This document shows, piece after piece, positions 61,831 through 64,000 of a stretch of DNA of 64,000 nucleotides. Position numbers and translations under genes: made by a program. The notes under the pieces were generated by a model, which saw nothing but the letters and a program-made list of their open reading frames with translations, searched no databases and was not told the DNA's origin. Numbering within the stretch: the stretch's first letter is position 1; each line of letters starts with the position of its first letter. The DNA is from Phoronis australis (taxonomy: Eukaryota; Animalia; Phoronida), in assembly GCA_002633005.1 (NCBI GenBank), contig NMRA01000422.1, positions 264,282-328,281 of the forward strand, in the 5' to 3' direction.

Positions 61831-64000
61831 ACCAGCTAATACCAGTAAGACATTGTATTATGGTACTGTCTTCCTGTTATTACCCACTCACACTGTCTGG
61901 TCTTTTTTCCTGATCATGAAAACGGATGTCTTAATTGTTTCAAAAGAAATTCTTATCCCAACGCCAACAGCTGCAATTTTTTAAACTAGTTTCATCGAAA
62001 CACAACACCATTTATTACGAAATTAGAGGCAGATTCGGAAGCAGAACGTTGTCATTTTTCTAATTTCTATAACAAAAAACATAAATTATATAATGACCCC
62101 TATTCGGTTAACGAACTAAACGGGTGAAAGTAATTATATTTCTTTAAATTTTATGTAGTCGACAAGCCAACGCTAAAACCACAAGACGTGCTTAAAACTA
62201 CAGCTCTTAAGCGCATTTTTCACCAGGAAGTTGGGTTAGTTTTCACATCGTGTGAAAGGTGGAAAATTAGAGAAAACCTTTTGAGTATTAAGTACATGTA
62301 CTAGTCCACGAGAGCACCAGCCATGAGCGGCAAGGTGGGGGTCAGCCGATTTTCACCAAATTTGGCACATGGGTAGTCCTATGGGATCTATAAACAGCGG
62401 TAAAATATTTCCTCAAAATATTGCGTTTTTCTAAAGTTATAGGCTCAAACACATTTTACGGCTTCTCAGCCATGTCTTAACGGTATAAAAACTGTCCAGT
62501 TTTAACTGTTCATATTTTTCCTTGAATGAAAGCTATTGATTTATTATTCACTGGGCATTGTTTAGTGGTGCCTGTAGATTGTTACACAGATGTCTTGAAA
62601 CACGATTCCGATTTACCACCCTCATTTAGTAGTTTTACTACACTGCCCCCCGTTATGCCATTTTGAGGTTGTGTTCAGTACACTTCTGTACCAAATCTGC
62701 CCCCACTGTTAAGAGAATGAAACTTAGCCAAAATGTTGACTAAACATATTACTTTCATTTCATAAAATAAAAACTTTGTCAGCCAGTTTATTAGTTATAT
62801 ATTTTGGCACCTCAAATGTACTAAAATGAGAAATTTTCATATAACTGAAATCGATGGGTGAGCACCGTAAAATCCGATTGTCCTTCATGTTTTTCGATAT
62901 TTTGCAACAAGTTAGTTCCTCCTGAATGTTTTTGAACGTTTTACTACTGATCACTTAGGGCTATAGTACCTCTAAATACCATACATGGCTCCATTTTGTA
63001 AAAAGCCGATTATGTCCTCCGCAGTGAACAGGGTTAGACATGAACTCGACAAATGTAGGTTACATGTATTTTGATTTACAGTTGTTTTACTTTGCAATTT
63101 CCTGATAGGCATTTCTTCACACATATTCAAGTCAGATTTTCTGTTGATCAAATGTTCATGTAATGCATTGTAATATCAAATGAATGATAAGTTAGGTTGC
63201 ATGACCGCAATTTTCCCCACGACTTAAAACAAAAGACCGCAGAAATTTTCCTGACGAAATACCGGGTTTGCAGTTCTGTAAAAACATTCGAATGACAAAA
63301 CAAACTCCACCACTGTCCATGGCAACTCGTCGCATGTTTTTCGCCCATCGGTCCTATCATTGCTTTCTTTTGTTGGGTCATTGTTAGATGTAACAACACA
63401 GGTCGCATGGATATAGAACCTTGCGTACATGTACATCAGACCGTTGCCGATAAGTGCTCGTCATTATATCTTTATTTTAACAACGGAAACAATGAAAATG
63501 CTAATCTATTGTTCTCTATGCGACCAGGTTTCCAGTGGATGACCACAGAAGAGGAATCCCACAGTATCCACAAACAATGACCACGCACCTTAGTAACTAT
63601 TACCGCGCACACGAATCCTTTCCGTGGAACCTGAACACCAAATTTTTATATCCGTGTATTGTGTTGTATTGCTCATGATACGGGTTCAGAGTCTGTTGTA
63701 TTAAGATTCCAATCCCCAACCCTGTAATATGTAGTTTGAGTAAAATTTCTAGACAATGCAGGTTTATGGATTTATTCTCCTTCAAATGAAGAGTAAAAAT
63801 CAAATTCTGCATAGGTTTTTTAAAAGTAATCACTTATTGAAAGATCACACATCTAAAAAATAAAACAATGTTTGACAATTTTATTCATTATCTTATTTGA
63901 AAATTGCCTACCTCACAGACAACTCATCTAAGTTGAAAATATTCCTTGTGAAAAAATATAAAATACCAACCAGAGACTTGCGTACTACAAAATATGTTTT

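Noticed and set aside
62300-63036. Possible piggyBac-like MITE ending GCAGTGAACAGGGTTA
   Set aside because: No matching left TIR or TTAA pair was found.

Overview
This is AT-rich, repeat-dense eukaryotic (invertebrate animal-like) DNA with spliceosomal introns; the species cannot be identified from the sequence, and no prokaryotic features are present. Three host components are visible. (1) The 3' part of a + strand multi-exon type I membrane receptor: CUB domains, five TSP1 repeats, a TM helix and a Tyr/PPxY-rich tail (exons 4725-21695). (2) A decayed downstream copy of its last three exons plus flanking DNA (30171-61371). (3) An intact single-coding-exon 904-aa LRR-Ig protein gene on the - strand (38894-41608). 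It lies between the decayed exons, is bracketed by two direct copies of one repeat, and takes its stop codon from a MITE that appears to have clipped its C-terminal hydrophobic segment. The rest is nested transposon debris: a Gypsy integrase remnant, Helentron-like head-to-tail arrays, Kolobok-like TTAA elements (one with a THAP remnant), LINE fragments, MITEs with 5-bp TSDs, and a TIR element carrying ~173-bp tandem repeats whose central 7-bp spacer is flipped in 2 of 6 copies. All calls and alignments were made by eye; repeat boundaries without a TSD are approximate.
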